Assembly (NCBI GenBank): GCA_965248355.1
Contig: OZ252098.1
Coordinates: 3,456,001-3,520,000 of the forward strand
Direction of reading: 5' to 3'
Length of the DNA stretch: 64,000 nucleotides
Source of the DNA: Candidatus Latescibacterota bacterium
GTDB lineage: Bacteria; Latescibacterota; UBA2968; UBA8231
Below the pieces are notes generated by a model. That model was not told where the DNA came from. It worked only from the letters and a program-made list of their open reading frames with translations, and made no database searches. A program made the translations under genes and the position numbers. This document shows, piece by piece, positions 1 to 11,700 of this stretch (positions are counted from its first letter, which is position 1; each line of letters begins with the position of its first letter).

Positions 1-680
1 ATGCGCCCCGACGGGGTGCGGTGAATGGCGGGCTCGCTGAAGTGGGCCACCGGGTCCTCGGCGATGCGGCCGCCGTACTCCCAGGTTTCCCCCATGTCGC
101 GGGAGACGCGGAGCATGCCGAAGCAGGGGTAGGCGCCGCCCGGCCGGTCGGTGGCCTTGCTCGGCAGCAGCAGCCGGCCATCGGGGAGCACCAGCAGCCC
201 GCTGCGGCAGACGCCGGAGTGCTGGGCCGGGTGGCCCCAGATGGCATCGGGCAGGGGCGGGAACCTCCGGGGCGCCGTCCAGGTGCGGCCGTCGTCGCGG
301 GAGCGCACCCAGAAGGGCTTCCCCGGCCGCGAGATCCAGTGCTGGCCGTGCACCTCCGCCCCCTCTGCGGGGACCAGCTCGTTGCACGAGGCGTGCAGGA
401 ACAGGCTGCCGTCGGGCAGGGCGTGGAGGCCGCGGTCCATGACCCCGCCCATGGGGTCGGCGGTCAGCAGGGCCGCCTCGCTCCAGGTGCGGCCGTCGTC
501 GCGGGAGCGGCAGGCCATGACCTGGAACAGCGGATGCTCGTGGTGGTCGTAGCCGAGGTGGGGGGCGCGCTGGAAGCCGACCAGCAGGTCCCCGGAAGGG
601 GTGCGCGTCACCGTGGGGGCGAGGGCGTACATGCCGGCCTCGTGGTAGACCGTGACGCGGTCGGCGACCTGCCAGCTCAT
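1..680 (-). CDS. BNR/Asp-box repeat sialidase-like (exo-alpha-sialidase family) protein, 3' end outside window
   Basis: Not in ORF track. Manual translation from ATG 680 gives MSWQVADRVTVYHEAGMYALAP... with three Asp-boxes (SRDDGRTW x2, SRDMGETW). ATGA overlap with the GNAT stop; open to the window edge. Confidence 0.8.
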   Translation of the reverse strand, partial: MSWQVADRVTVYHEAGMYALAPTVTRTPSGDLLVGFQRAPHLGYDHHEHPLFQVMACRSRDDGRTWSEAALLTADPMGGVMDRGLHALPDGSLFLHASCNELVPAEGAEVHGQHWISRPGKPFWVRSRDDGRTWTAPRRFPPLPDAIWGHPAQHSGVCRSGLLVLPDGRLLLPSKATDRPGGAYPCFGMLRVSRDMGETWEYGGRIAEDPVAHFSEPAIHRTPSGR

Positions 681-1231
681 ACGAAGCAGCCGAGGATCAC
701 GGTGTCGGCGTAGCTCCCATCCTCGAACTTCATGTCGCGGGCGGCGCGGCCTTCCTCGACGAATCCGTGCTTCTTGTAGAGAGCGACCGCCGCTTCGCTG
801 GTGGAGAACACGAACAGGCCCAGCTTCTCGATCCGTGGGCAAGCGCGCCCCCAGTCGACCAAGGCCTCCACGAGGGCATCCGCGACACCGGCCCGGCGGC
901 GTTGCCGGCAGACCCAGACGGAATGCACGTCGGTGAAGTGCGCCGTGCGCCGGTAGGCGCCCCCCTCGGCCCGGGCCGTGCCCACGATCCGCGAGTCCTC
1001 GCAGGCGACCAGGTAGAGGGAGCCGCCATCGGCGTTGAGTCGATCGATCTCCTCGGCTTCTTCCTTCGCCGTGAACCGTCGTTCGTCGGCCTGGGCCAGG
1101 GTCCAGCGCCCGTCGGCGGTGATCTCCCGATGCAGGCTGACGAGGCCCTCCGCGTCCTCCCGCCCGGCGGAGCGGATCACGGCCTGGCCGCCGTCGCCCA
1201 AGGCGCGCGTCCGTGGCTCGAGGATGGACAC
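677..1231 (-). CDS. GNAT family N-acetyltransferase
   Basis: 184 aa; acetyl-CoA motif 'VWVCRQRRRAGVADAL' and C-terminal 'AVALYKKHGF'. Confidence 0.9.
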   Translation of the reverse strand: MSILEPRTRALGDGGQAVIRSAGREDAEGLVSLHREITADGRWTLAQADERRFTAKEEAEEIDRLNADGGSLYLVACEDSRIVGTARAEGGAYRRTAHFTDVHSVWVCRQRRRAGVADALVEALVDWGRACPRIEKLGLFVFSTSEAAVALYKKHGFVEEGRAARDMKFEDGSYADTVILGCFV

Positions 1232-1352
1232 GGACTACCAGTCGGCGGCGTGTCTGGGAGGCTCGACGAAGACCATGCGTGGGAATATATCCCATCGAGG
1301 CAGCCTTCCCTGCACCGGGGTGCCCCGTCTTCTTATTCTACCCGCCCCCCGG

Positions 1353-3964
1353 ATGCTGCTCTCCCGATCACATGTCGCGATCCTGACAGGGCTGATGATG
1401 GCCGCCGACGCAGACGCCGACGACCGGCTGGCCGCGGCCGTGCAGCCCGTGCTGGCGTTGTCGGAGGCCGAACTGCTCGCCCTGATCCCCGAGCGGGCGG
1501 GGCTTCGCTTCGTCGGCTGTCCCAACTGCGACGGGGGCACCCAGGAGAACCAGCTCGGGTGGACGATCGAGCGCCCCCTCGAGGTCCACTGCCGGTTCTG
1601 CGGCATCCGCTACCCGAACGACCGGTATCCCGACGACGAGATCCTGCGGGTCACGAACCCCCTGGGCGAGGTGCAGGAGTATCCCTACTGGTCCGACGCC
1701 GACGGCTACCGCCACTTCTTCCGGGCCCGCGCGTGGTTCGAGGCCCGCGAGTACTTCGCCCGCCGGGCCCTGGACCTGGCGCGCCTGCACGCCGCCACCG
1801 GCGACCGCCTCCCGGCCCGCCGCGCCGCCCTGATCCTGTCGCGTTTCGCCGAGGTCTACCCGGGCTACTGCGTCCACTACGACTACCCCTTCCGGCAGAA
1901 GATCTTCTTCGAGGGGGACCGGACCTTCCCCTGGCCCGTGCCCGACTACCGCGCCGCCAAGTGGGACTGGTGGGCCTACATGGACATCCCCGAGGACCTG
2001 CTGCAGGCCTACGAGCTGGTGCGCCCGAGCGGCGTCCTCGACGAGACCGCCCAGCGGCGGATCGAGGCCGACCTGTTCCACGCCAGCGTCGCCTTCGTGC
2101 GCTCCTACCCGCCCGCCCTGACCAACATGGACCCGACCCTGCTGCGGGGGCTCATCACGGCCGGCCGCGTCCTCGGGGAGCCGGAGTACATCCACGACGC
2201 CATCCGCCGCATCGAGCTGCTGGCGCGGCGCCAGTTCTTCGCCGACGGGGTCTGGCGCGAGGGGGCGGTCTCCTACCACAACCAGACGGTGCGCGGGCTG
2301 GACATCCTCGGCGGCCTGCTGCGCGGTTACACCGATCCACCCGAGTCCGTCCCCCCGGCGGGCGAAAATCGCCTCGTCGAGTTCGACCTCGACGCGCGGC
2401 TGCCCATCCTGGCCCGGGCGCGGGAGGTGCCGGCCCTGCTGCGCTACCCCAATGGCCGCGTCGTCGCCTTCCACGACACCTGGGCGAGGGAATCCAGCGA
2501 GCCCATGCCGTCCTCGCCGTCGATGCTGCTGCCGGCCTTCGGACACGCGCGTCTGGGGAGAGGCCGCGGCGGCGACCAGGTACAGGCGCACCTGCACTTC
2601 TCCGGCGGCTACGGCCATCAGCACGGCGACGTGCTGGCCATGACCCTCTTCTCCCGCGGCCGCGAGCGGCTCGGCGACATCGGCTACACCCATACCCGCT
2701 TCCGCCGATGGACGATCTCGACCCTGTCCCACAACACCGTCACCGTCGACGGCATGGACCAGCACCTGGGCTCGGAGTCCGAGCCGAGCGACGGCGACCT
2801 GCGGCTCTTCGTCCCCGGCGACGGCGACCTGCTCGCCGCGGTGGAAGCCTCCGGCGAGCGCGCCTATCCCGGCCTCGTCGACGAGTACCGGCGGCTGCTC
2901 CTCCTGGTCGAGGCCGGAGACCAGTCCTACGTGGTCGACTGGTTCCGGGTCCGCGGCGGCGGCCGGCACGAGTACGTCCTCGCCGGCGACGCCGACCACG
3001 AAGGCGATCTCGTGCACGATCTGGAGATGTCGCCGTACGGAGAGATGCTGCTGCCCCCGGGCACACCGGTGCGGCTGCCGGCGGGGGAGAGCACCCCGGG
3101 GGAGGCCGGGGGCCACAACCTCGGCTACGCCTTCATCCGCGGCGTGCGGCAGGCCGCCGTCGACGGGCCCTGGCAGGTGGGGTTCCGCAGCCCCGGCAGC
3201 GACGCGGGCGTGTGCGTCCACGGCGCGGGCCTTCCGGGGGACCGGCTGTTCACCGCTTCGGCGCCCTCCATCCGGGAGCCGCCGAGGACGACGCCGCCCT
3301 CGACCGGCACACCATGCCCATGCTCGTCCACCGCCGCGAGGGGCAGGACCTGCGCAGCGACTTCGTGGCCGTCCTCGAGAGCCACGGCGCCGGGGGCCCC
3401 TTCCTCCGCGAAGTGCGGCGACTCCCGGCCGAGGGCGAGGGGGTGGCCCTGCGCATCGCCTGGGACGACGTCGTCGACCACGTGCTCCTGTCGCGCGGCG
3501 GCGGCCATCTGCGGTCCGATGGCGTGAGCCTCGACGGCCGGCTGGGGTTCGTGCGCCGGCGGGACGGCCTGGTGGAGGCGATGCGCCTCGTCGGGGGGCG
3601 TCAGCTGCGGGCGGGCGGCGAGGTGCTGCCGGGGTCGGGAGTGCTCACCGGCGGGGTGACGGGCGTCCTGCGCCGCGAGGCCGGCGACGACGTGGACGGG
3701 CTGATCACCGATCTCGCGATCCCGGACGGAAGCGGCACTCAGTTGCAGGGCTTGTGGGCGGTCGTGCGCGACGGCGCCGGGTTCCGCCGCGGACACCGGA
3801 TCGACCGCGTCGATATCCGCCCGGACGGGACCGTCCTGGTGCTGGCCGACGACCCCGGCTACGAGCTGAGCGGCAGCGGCGGCCGGCTCCTGTTCTTCCC
3901 GGGCCGCGAGTGGACGGGGCCGTCGACCGTGGAGATCGCCGCCGCCGCGGCCTGGAATCGCTGA
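1353..3964 (+). CDS. Heparinase II/III-family polysaccharide lyase-like protein with N-terminal CxxC-CxxC motif; frameshift at ~3274-3276
   Basis: Motifs 'DGVWREGAVSYH', 'GHQHGDVLAMTL', 'DIGY', 'STLSHNTVTVDG'. The frame switches at tccGGGagcc: one extra G joins ...APSIR to GAAEDDAALDRHTMPMLV..., ending at 3964. Confidence 0.75.
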
Positions 3965-3970
3965 GAGAGC

Positions 3971-5812
3971 CTAGTCGTCCTCGCGGTCGCTGAGCATCTC
4001 GCCCCGCTGCAGGCGCTCGGCGTTCTCCGTCGACCAGAGGATGTTCTTCATCACCTTCTGGGCGGTGATGTAGCGCGTCGCCGCCAGCAGGTGGATGCGC
4101 CGCTCCTCCGGATCGCCGGACAGGTCGTGGTGGCGGAAGGCCGCCTCCAGCACCTGGAACATGTGCAGCTCGGCGTCCTCCCGCAGCAGGATGTGGGCGA
4201 GGGCGTGCTTCAAGGCCGTCACGTCGTGGCCCTCCTCCACGTACTGGTTCACCAGGATCCCGGCCTCGGCCACCTTCTGGAAGTCGGCGAACTCCTGCAG
4301 GCGGTCGAGCATCTGCCGCGGCGACGAGAACGACTCCTCCCCTTTCAGCCGCTGTCCCGGCCGCGGCACCCGCGCCGCCGGCATGTTGAGCCAGCGCAGG
4401 TAGGTGGTGAACACGGCGCCGTGGAACAGGGCGCGCAGGAGCTGCGCCGACGGCGCCAGCTGGAAGGCGCGGTAGAGGGCGTGGGCGTAGGAGTAGAGGT
4501 TGGCCACGTCGTGCCAGTCGCCCTCGTTCTTCAGGTGGAACCGGACGGTGCGCACGGCGCCGGCATAGGTCATGGCGCGGCAGAGATCGAGGGGGGAGAC
4601 GCCGTTGCGCAGCTCCGCCTCCAGCTGCTCGACGATGGGCTCGAAGTCGTCGCCGAGCATGACCTGGGCGAAGGCGCTCACGTCGAGGCTTGCCGGCTCG
4701 GCGGCCTGGTTGGCCTCCCAGATCTCGTCGATGCGGCCGAAGACCGCCTCGAGCACGGGCACCGCGTCCTGCCAGCGCGAGGTCTCCTCGTGGCGCGTGC
4801 GGCTCACGAGGTCGACGACGATGGGCCGCAGGATCTCGTGGGCGCCCTGCCAGTCCACGTAGTCGAGGCCCTCGAACATCTTGTTGGCGAAGTCGAGGGC
4901 GTGGCCGTCGCCGGTGAAGTAGAAGTCGGTGGCCGCGGTGAAGACGAAGTCGGCCAGCACCTGCGGCGGCTGGCCGCGGTCGTGCAGGGTGAGCAGGATG
5001 CGCTCGGCCGCGCCGCGGTCCCGCAGGTCGACGTAGCGCCGGAACCAGCGCTTCAACGTCGTCAGGTCGGGGTCGGCGCCGGACCGCGGGAAGGGGAAGC
5101 GCTGGCGCCGGGAGCTGCCCGCCGTGCGGCTGGCGATCTGGGACAGCCCGTGGACGAGGAACAGGTTGTGGTCCTTCGGGTCCACGTCGTCCCAGAGGTT
5201 GGCGCACAGGGTGAGGACGGCCACGCCCGAGGACCAGCCCTCGCTGGTCTTGTGGGCGCCGAAGAACAGGCCGTGCTGGATGATCTCCCGGGGCGTGGCG
5301 CCGGCCTCGCGCAGGGCGGTGACGGCCTTGGCGATGAGGAAGCTGGAGCGGTCCTTCAGCCCCTGCTCCAGGGCCCGCTTGCCGCGGTCCACCAGGCGCT
5401 GCCGGGCCGCCTCGCGGGCCCCCTTCGGGATGCCCACGTAGAGCAGGCCGCCGCGCTCCTCCACCGGGAAGCTGGCCACGTCGTCGCCGAAGGTCAGGAA
5501 GCAGCCCCCCGACTTCAGATCGAACTCCCAGTGGTGCCAGTGGCAGATCAGCACGCCGTCACGGACGCTGCCCTCCGAGAGGGGATAGCCCATGTGGGGG
5601 CAGCGGTTGTCGCAGGCGTAGTAGCCGTCCTCGTAGCGGAACACGGCCAGGTGGGTGCTGTCTACCGTGAAGGGCTTGCCCGCGCCCTCCTCGAGATCGG
5701 CGGCCGGGCACAGCTCGTGGAAGACGAGACTGTCGGGGTCGAGTCCGGGAGGCGGCTGCGGCGTCGAGTCGCCGTCGTAGACCGAGATGGGGGAGGAGGT
5801 TTCCACGGTCAT
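3971..5812 (-). CDS. Rieske [2Fe-2S] domain protein with large C-terminal alpha-helical region (613 aa)
   Basis: Rieske ligands CPH...CHWH; start refined to ATG 5812 (MTVETSSP). Confidence 0.85.
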   Translation of the reverse strand: MTVETSSPISVYDGDSTPQPPPGLDPDSLVFHELCPAADLEEGAGKPFTVDSTHLAVFRYEDGYYACDNRCPHMGYPLSEGSVRDGVLICHWHHWEFDLKSGGCFLTFGDDVASFPVEERGGLLYVGIPKGAREAARQRLVDRGKRALEQGLKDRSSFLIAKAVTALREAGATPREIIQHGLFFGAHKTSEGWSSGVAVLTLCANLWDDVDPKDHNLFLVHGLSQIASRTAGSSRRQRFPFPRSGADPDLTTLKRWFRRYVDLRDRGAAERILLTLHDRGQPPQVLADFVFTAATDFYFTGDGHALDFANKMFEGLDYVDWQGAHEILRPIVVDLVSRTRHEETSRWQDAVPVLEAVFGRIDEIWEANQAAEPASLDVSAFAQVMLGDDFEPIVEQLEAELRNGVSPLDLCRAMTYAGAVRTVRFHLKNEGDWHDVANLYSYAHALYRAFQLAPSAQLLRALFHGAVFTTYLRWLNMPAARVPRPGQRLKGEESFSSPRQMLDRLQEFADFQKVAEAGILVNQYVEEGHDVTALKHALAHILLREDAELHMFQVLEAAFRHHDLSGDPEERRIHLLAATRYITAQKVMKNILWSTENAERLQRGEMLSDREDD

Positions 5813-6139
5813 GGGGATGGCTCCGGTGTGGGGGAGTCGGGGCGGGTGGGAAGTTACGGTGCGGAGCCGGGAAGGTGAAACGAGATCCGTGCGCCGAAGG
5901 CCGGGGCGCCGCCGTTGCCGCAGGCGGCGGGTAGTGGTATCGTCCGGCAGGCGGTTGCGGCGATCACCCCCGTGAAGAAGGGCGGCGAAGAGCCGGCGGC
6001 GGCGGATCGTGGATCCCGCCGGACGACCATGACCAGACCCCGCGACGAAGGGCGGCGACGCCGGATGGGGCTGAGCCGTCCTCCCGGGGCCGGGAAGCAC
6101 ATGAGGCGAACACGACTCTGGCGGCCGGACTCGGCGATC

Positions 6140-7000
6140 ATGAAGCGAACGCGACTTCAGTTGCGGGCCCCGGCGCTCCATGGCGCCGCGATCCTCGCAG
6201 CCGCGATCCTGGCCTCCGCGGGCCTGGGCGGCTGTGCCTCCTTCCGCCAGGTCCTCGGGTACGGGCTGGTGCCGGTGCAGACCGAGATCGACCTCGGCCG
6301 CCGGCTGGCCGCCCAGGTCGAGGCCGAGCACCGGGTCCTGCGCGACTCCCGGATCCAGCGCTACGCGCGCTTCCTGGCGCAGCCTCTCATCGAGAAGGCC
6401 TGGCTCGACCGCCCCGGCATCGACTACCGGGTCACCGTCCTCGACGACCCGGACCAGGTCAACGCCTTCGCCCTGCCCGGCGGCCCGACCTACGTCTTCA
6501 CCGGCCTGATGCTCCTGGCCGGCGACGAGGCCGAGCTGGCCGGGGTGCTGGCCCACGAGCTGGGCCACGTGGTGGCCCGGCACTCGGCCGAGCAGCTGGC
6601 CGCGAACCTGGGCCTGCAGGTGGTGGCGGCCATCGCCCTCGGACAGGATCCGGAACGGCTGGCCGCCGCCGCCGCGGACCTGACCGCCGGCGGCGTGATG
6701 GCCCGCTTCAGCCGCGACGACGAGCGCGAGGCCGACGACCTCGGGCTGCGCTATCTCATCGCCGCCGGCTACGATCCCCGCGGAATGGTGCGCATGTTCC
6801 AGCGCCTGCAGTCGGTCGAGCGGGGCTCGCCCGGCCCCCTGGGCGGGCTGCTGGCCACCCACCCGGCCACGGCGGAGCGCATCGAGCGCCTCCAGCGGCG
6901 GATCGACCGGGCCGGGGACGAGCTGCCGCGGCGCCGGCAGGCGGACCGCTACCGGGAGATGACGGCTTCCATGCGGAGGACGGCTCTCCTGCGGCGGTAG
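6140..7000 (+). CDS. M48 family zinc metallopeptidase, probable lipoprotein
   Basis: 'VNAFALPGG', HELGH zinc motif, 'FSRDDEREAD', 'THP'; lipobox-like LGGC after a hydrophobic stretch. Confidence 0.9.
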   Translation: MKRTRLQLRAPALHGAAILAAAILASAGLGGCASFRQVLGYGLVPVQTEIDLGRRLAAQVEAEHRVLRDSRIQRYARFLAQPLIEKAWLDRPGIDYRVTVLDDPDQVNAFALPGGPTYVFTGLMLLAGDEAELAGVLAHELGHVVARHSAEQLAANLGLQVVAAIALGQDPERLAAAAADLTAGGVMARFSRDDEREADDLGLRYLIAAGYDPRGMVRMFQRLQSVERGSPGPLGGLLATHPATAERIERLQRRIDRAGDELPRRRQADRYREMTASMRRTALLRR

Positions 7001-7206
7001 GACCCCCCTTCGGCGGCCCCGCCCACCTTGCCCGGGTCCAGGGGGCCGAGTATCGTACTCCCGTATCCGGTCCCTCGGTCGGCCCGGCCCCCTCCCCTGC
7101 CCCGCGGCAGCCAGCCTTCTGGACAGATCACCCAGACCTTGCGCGAGCCCCGCGGGGGCCGCGGTCCCCGGCACCGGCCCTTGGCGGGCTCACGCCGCAG
7201 GCCGCC

Positions 7207-7835
7207 ATGGCTCCAGGAGGCTCCGGCCGTCCAGGCGGTTCCGGGTACCCCATCTCCCCATCCTCCTCCTGCTCGCCCTCTCCGCCGCCGGCGCCCAGCC
7301 TCTCGTGGTCGAAACCCCGCCCCTGCCCGCCGGGCTGTTCCTCACCGCCGGCCTCGGGGTGGTCGACATCGAGCCCGGCACGGGCCTCGACATCCCCCTC
7401 GGCCTGACCGCCATCTCGCCGCGCCACCACGTGATGGCCACGCTCACCTTTGCCGACTTCGCCCTCCTCCAGTCCCAGCAGATCCGCTACCGGCTCCGCT
7501 ATTACCGGGGTTTCGGCGATCTCTGCGTCGACACGGTGACCGGACAGCTGGCCTCTTACAACCTCTGCAGGGGCAAGACGAATGCCCTGCGCTCCTTCTC
7601 CGTCGATCTCAACCTGCTGCCGGTGGAGATGATCTACGTCGCCGACCGGCCGGGCGTTCTGCACCTCGGCCCGGGCTGGCGCGGCCAGGAGCCGCGCACC
7701 GTGTACGGCACCATCGGCATGTTCTTCCCCTCCCAGTCCGGCAACGCCATCGGCGCCCGCCTGGCCATGGGCCGGGAGTTCATCTTCCTCGGCTTCACCT
7801 GGGGACGGGACCTGCGCCGCCTCCCCGGGCTCTGA
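7207..7835 (+). CDS. Hypothetical exported/outer-membrane protein; probable 1-bp frameshift right after the start codon
   Basis: One added G at 7209-7210 gives MGSRRLRPSRRFRVPHLPILLLLALSAAGA|QPLVVETPP..., a typical signal peptide in frame with ORF 7305-7835, which has beta-strand-like alternating residues. Confidence 0.55.
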
Positions 7836-7855
7836 GCCGCGCCGATCTCCGGCCG

Positions 7856-8305
7856 TCAGGCCGCGGTCACGTAGCGCAGCACCTCCACCACCTGCTCCGG
7901 CTCCTCGGCCACGGCCAGGGCCGCGGCGTCGACCTCCTTCAAGGGGTGGGTCAGACCGGCGTCGTGGAGGACGATCAGCGGCTTGCCGAGGGCGGCCGCG
8001 AAGCCGGCGTCGAAGGCGGCGTTCCACTGCCGGTACCGGTCCCCGAATCGCACGACCACCACGTCGGCCCGGCGGATCAGGGTGCGGGTGCGGATGGCGT
8101 TGAGGCCGGCGCCCTTGCGATCCTTCCAGAAGGCCTTCTCCTCCGTCCCCAGGATGGCGACCCCGCAGTCGTCGCTGGCGCCGTGATCGGTGACCGGAGT
8201 TGTGAAGTCGGCCGGCAGCCCGGCCTCTTCGGCGCCGGCCACGATCCGCTCCCGCCAGTCGCTGTGGATCTCGCCGGACAGGTAGACTTCCCATCGGTGA
8301 CTCAT
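7856..8305 (-). CDS. ytoQ: YtoQ family protein (nucleoside 2-deoxyribosyltransferase-like fold)
   Basis: 'VYLSGEIHSDWRE', 'NAIRTRTLI', 'YRQWNAAFDAG', 'HPLKEVDAAA'. Confidence 0.85.
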   Translation of the reverse strand: MSHRWEVYLSGEIHSDWRERIVAGAEEAGLPADFTTPVTDHGASDDCGVAILGTEEKAFWKDRKGAGLNAIRTRTLIRRADVVVVRFGDRYRQWNAAFDAGFAAALGKPLIVLHDAGLTHPLKEVDAAALAVAEEPEQVVEVLRYVTAA

Positions 8306-8395
8306 GGCTCAAGCTCCTTTCAATCCCTTGAAGGTAGTCCTCGTCCTCAATAGTTTCAGCGGCCCTCCAACCGAAGCGCGAGCGGAGAGACGGTG

Positions 8396-8692
8396 ATGAA
8401 ATCAGCACTCGAGCTGGCCCTCGAAAGGTCGGATTCCCTCCTCGACAAGGACCGCGCCAGGCTCACCCCCGAGCAGATCGCCGCCATCGACGAGGTCCGC
8501 AAGACCTACGAGGCCAAGTGGGCGGAGCAGGAGATCGTGCTCCGTCAGCGGATCGACAAGACCGCTACCGAGGCCGATCCCCAGGCCGCCGCCGGGCAGC
8601 GGCGACAGTTGCAGGAAGAGATGCACTCCGTCCGCGACAGCTTGTTCGCCGAGCGCGACGAGAAGATCGAGGCCATCCGCCGCGGGGAGTGA
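8396..8692 (+). CDS. Conserved small coiled-coil hypothetical protein (MKSALELALER N-terminus)
   Basis: RBS GGAGAG upstream, helical charged 98-aa sequence, good codon bias. Confidence 0.7.
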   Translation: MKSALELALERSDSLLDKDRARLTPEQIAAIDEVRKTYEAKWAEQEIVLRQRIDKTATEADPQAAAGQRRQLQEEMHSVRDSLFAERDEKIEAIRRGE

Positions 8693-8720
8693 TCGGCCGC
8701 AGGCCCACGGGCGAGGCGGG

Positions 8721-8758
8721 GAACCGGGGACGGCGGCTGCGGCGGCCGTCCCCGGTTC
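8721..8758. terminator. GC-rich hairpin between convergent genes (putative bidirectional terminator)
   Basis: Perfect 14-bp inverted repeat GAACCGGGGACGGC / GCCGTCCCCGGTTC. Confidence 0.55.
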
Positions 8759-11700
8759 TTAGTACGAGGGCCGGCGGGCCACGACGAACGCGGAACGACG
8801 GTGGAAACGCTCGCCGCCGGCCTTCGCCGTCAGCACGTAGAGGTAGGTTCCGTTGGCCAGAAGCCGGCCCGCCTCGTCGCGGCCGTCCCAGGGCAGCTGG
8901 CCGAAGCCGGCGTCGAAGGGAAGGGGTCCCAGGCGTCGGATGCGGCGGCCGCTGAGAGCGTAGAGCTCGACGCCGACCGCGGCGGCCCTCGGCAGGAAAA
9001 AGGTGAAGGCGGCGCCCTCCCGGACTACCGGATGGGGATGCACGAGGACGTTGGCGGCCACGAGGCGGGGGCTGACAAAGAGGTGGATGCGCGCGGCGGC
9101 GAACTCTCCCCCGTCGTCCACCAGTCTCGCCTCCACCTCCTGAAAGCCCTCGGCCGGCCGGTAGAGGGCGCTCGCGCCATCGGCGGTCCACGTCGAGTCC
9201 GCGGTCACCGGGACCCCGTCCACAGTCACCTGAATGCGGCCCGGACGGTCCGCCTCGATCCACAGAGCCTGGCTGCCGAGGATGTCCCCGCTCTGCAGCC
9301 GGTGGCCCCCCGGCCAGGCCCGGAAGATCAGCCTGGGACCCAGGCCGGCCAGAAGGACGGCGTCGTTCCCCGGGTCGGCGTCGGCGCCCTTGTACAGCAC
9401 GCGCACCCGGTCGCCCGCCCGCAGAGGCCTCAGCGAGTCGAAGACGGCGGCCACCAGCGCCCCGGCGGACAGGGCCGGCAACCGGCGCTCCCGAAGCGGC
9501 TCCCCATGCGCCCCCTCCAGGCGGAGGAACGCCGGCCCCGAGAGGACCACCCCGCGGTTGCGGACGGCCGCCCGCACCACCCCCTCCCCGGCCTCGGCGG
9601 CGACCACCTCCAGGTCCGCCAGACCCGTGTAGCCCACCTGCCAGCCGGACAACCGCGCGCCGGCGGCGGTATCGATCCGGGCCGCCAGGCGCAGCCGCCG
9701 GAAGCGCTCCGCGTCGATGGCGGAGAGGTCCGCCGAACCGGGCGCCGCCACCGCCAATCCGGGAAGCTCCGACCAGCCGCCATCTGTTGAGGCGCCCTCG
9801 ACGCCCACCTCCACCCCGGCCCCGTCCACGCTCAGGGTCCCCCAGGCGGCGGCCGGTCCGATGGGGGGCGACCACAGGCGGGCCGGCTGCCTGCGGCCGC
9901 GGCGGCCGTAGCGGAAGAAGGACGCGCCGGTCTCTTCCAGCGGCTGCCCCGGCCGCACCACCGCGCCGAGGTCGGCCAGCCAGACGCGGTCGTTCACCCA
10001 GTCGTACTGGCCGGCGAGGATTCCCGTCTCCTCCTGGTCCGAGGTCCACTCGTCGATGAAGGCGCCGTCCGCGGCGCTCACGGCGCGGATGCGGCGGCGG
10101 CCGCCGTACTCCATCAGGTAGAGGCGCTCGCCGTCGGCGAAGAGGCCGTCCGTCCACAGGTAGGTGAAGCCCGTCTCCGTGGGCGGCGCCACGAACTCGC
10201 GCACCAGCCGCCAGCCGGCCCGGGGCTCGAAGACGCGGACCCTCCAGCCGACGCGCATGCCCACGGCGGAGCTCATGGAGGCGTTGTACACGTAGCGGCC
10301 GTCGGAGGTGATCAGGGTGTGGATCACCTGGCCGGGCGCCGGTTCGTCCACGACCCGCCCCGTCTTCCAGTCCACCAGGCCGTCGGGGACCCGAACCGTG
10401 TCGACCCGGCCCGTGCCAGGGTCCAGGCGTTCCAGCTCGAAGGTGCGTCCGGCGTCGCAGTAGAGATAGCCGTCCGAGTGGCCGGTGGCGGCGATCCCGC
10501 CGGAGGTCGAATCGGGCAGGAACCCGTAGAACCGGCCGCGCTCGGTGCCGCCGAAGCCGGTGCCGATGCGGGCGAGGAAGTCGGTGCCGGCGTACTGGGT
10601 CGAGGGATCGTTGAACCAGCGCTTGGCGTAGAGGTACTTCCCGTCCGTGGCCACGATCCCGGCGCCGTCCAGCTCGTTCACGGTGAAGCCGTCCTCGCGG
10701 GTGGCGGCCGAGGGCCGGAAGGCCGGCCGGCGGGAGGAGACCACCACCGCCTCCCCCTCGGCGGCGAGATCGCCGTCGGACTCGCCGAGGGCCAGGAGCT
10801 GATCCGCGCGGACCCTCCACAGACCCTCCGCAGGACCGGGCGGTGAGGGCTCCAGCGAGAAGGTCCGCACCGGCGACCAGGGACCCGTGACGGCGCCGTC
10901 CACGAGACGCACCCGCCAGTAGAGCGGGGTCCCGGCCATCGCCTCGAAGGCATGCTCCGCCCGGCCCTGCTGCGCCGGGACGAGGGGCGACCAGGCCGTG
11001 GCCGAGTCGGGGAAACCGGGGTCGGTGGTGAGAGCGAACTCGCAGGCCAGTCCGGCCGACTCGCCCCAGGCGTCCACCGGCGTGAGCGCTGCCAGCTCCG
11101 GGGCGGCGGCCAGGCCGCCGTCCGCCGGATGGAGAGGATCGGCCGCGCGGGCGTCGAGGATGTGCAGGGACAGGTCGAGACGGTTGTCGCTCTCGTCGGC
11201 CTCGTCGACCTGATCCGCGGCGTCGATGACGAGGGAGAGGCGGTACGGCCCGCGGCGGTCGCCCACGGCCCAGTCGAAGCGCAGGCTGTCGCTGCCGGCG
11301 AAGGGGCCGCGCCGCTGCAGCCACAGGGTGTCGGGCGCGGCGCCGGGCGCCTCTCCGAAGAGGGCGACGGTGAGGCTGTCGGCGCCGAGGCGCGTGTTGT
11401 TTCGCACCCGGCCGGTGAGCGTCACCGTGGCGCCCGTGGTCACGCTCCCGCCGTGCACGGCCAGGTCGACGGCGGCGTAGTCGGCGCCCGGCGGCAGGGC
11501 CAGCTCCTGGGCCGGATCGCCGATGAGCTGCATCGTCTCCACCACGTCCCGGTAGCTGGAGTGGGCCGCCAGGACCCGCGCCTTGGCGGCGTCGAGGACG
11601 GGACCGAACCGCAGCCGGCCTTCGGCGAAGAGCTGGCTGTAGAACTGATCGCTCAGCAGGCGGTTCTGGGCCGTCCTCGACAGGGCGGTGGCGGAGATGA

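Noticed and set aside
5915..6160. N-terminal extension of the M48 peptidase with short duplications (GAAGGGCGGCGA x2; MRRTRL/MKRTRL)
   Set aside because: Only two short degenerate copies; the lipoprotein signal favours the start at 6140.
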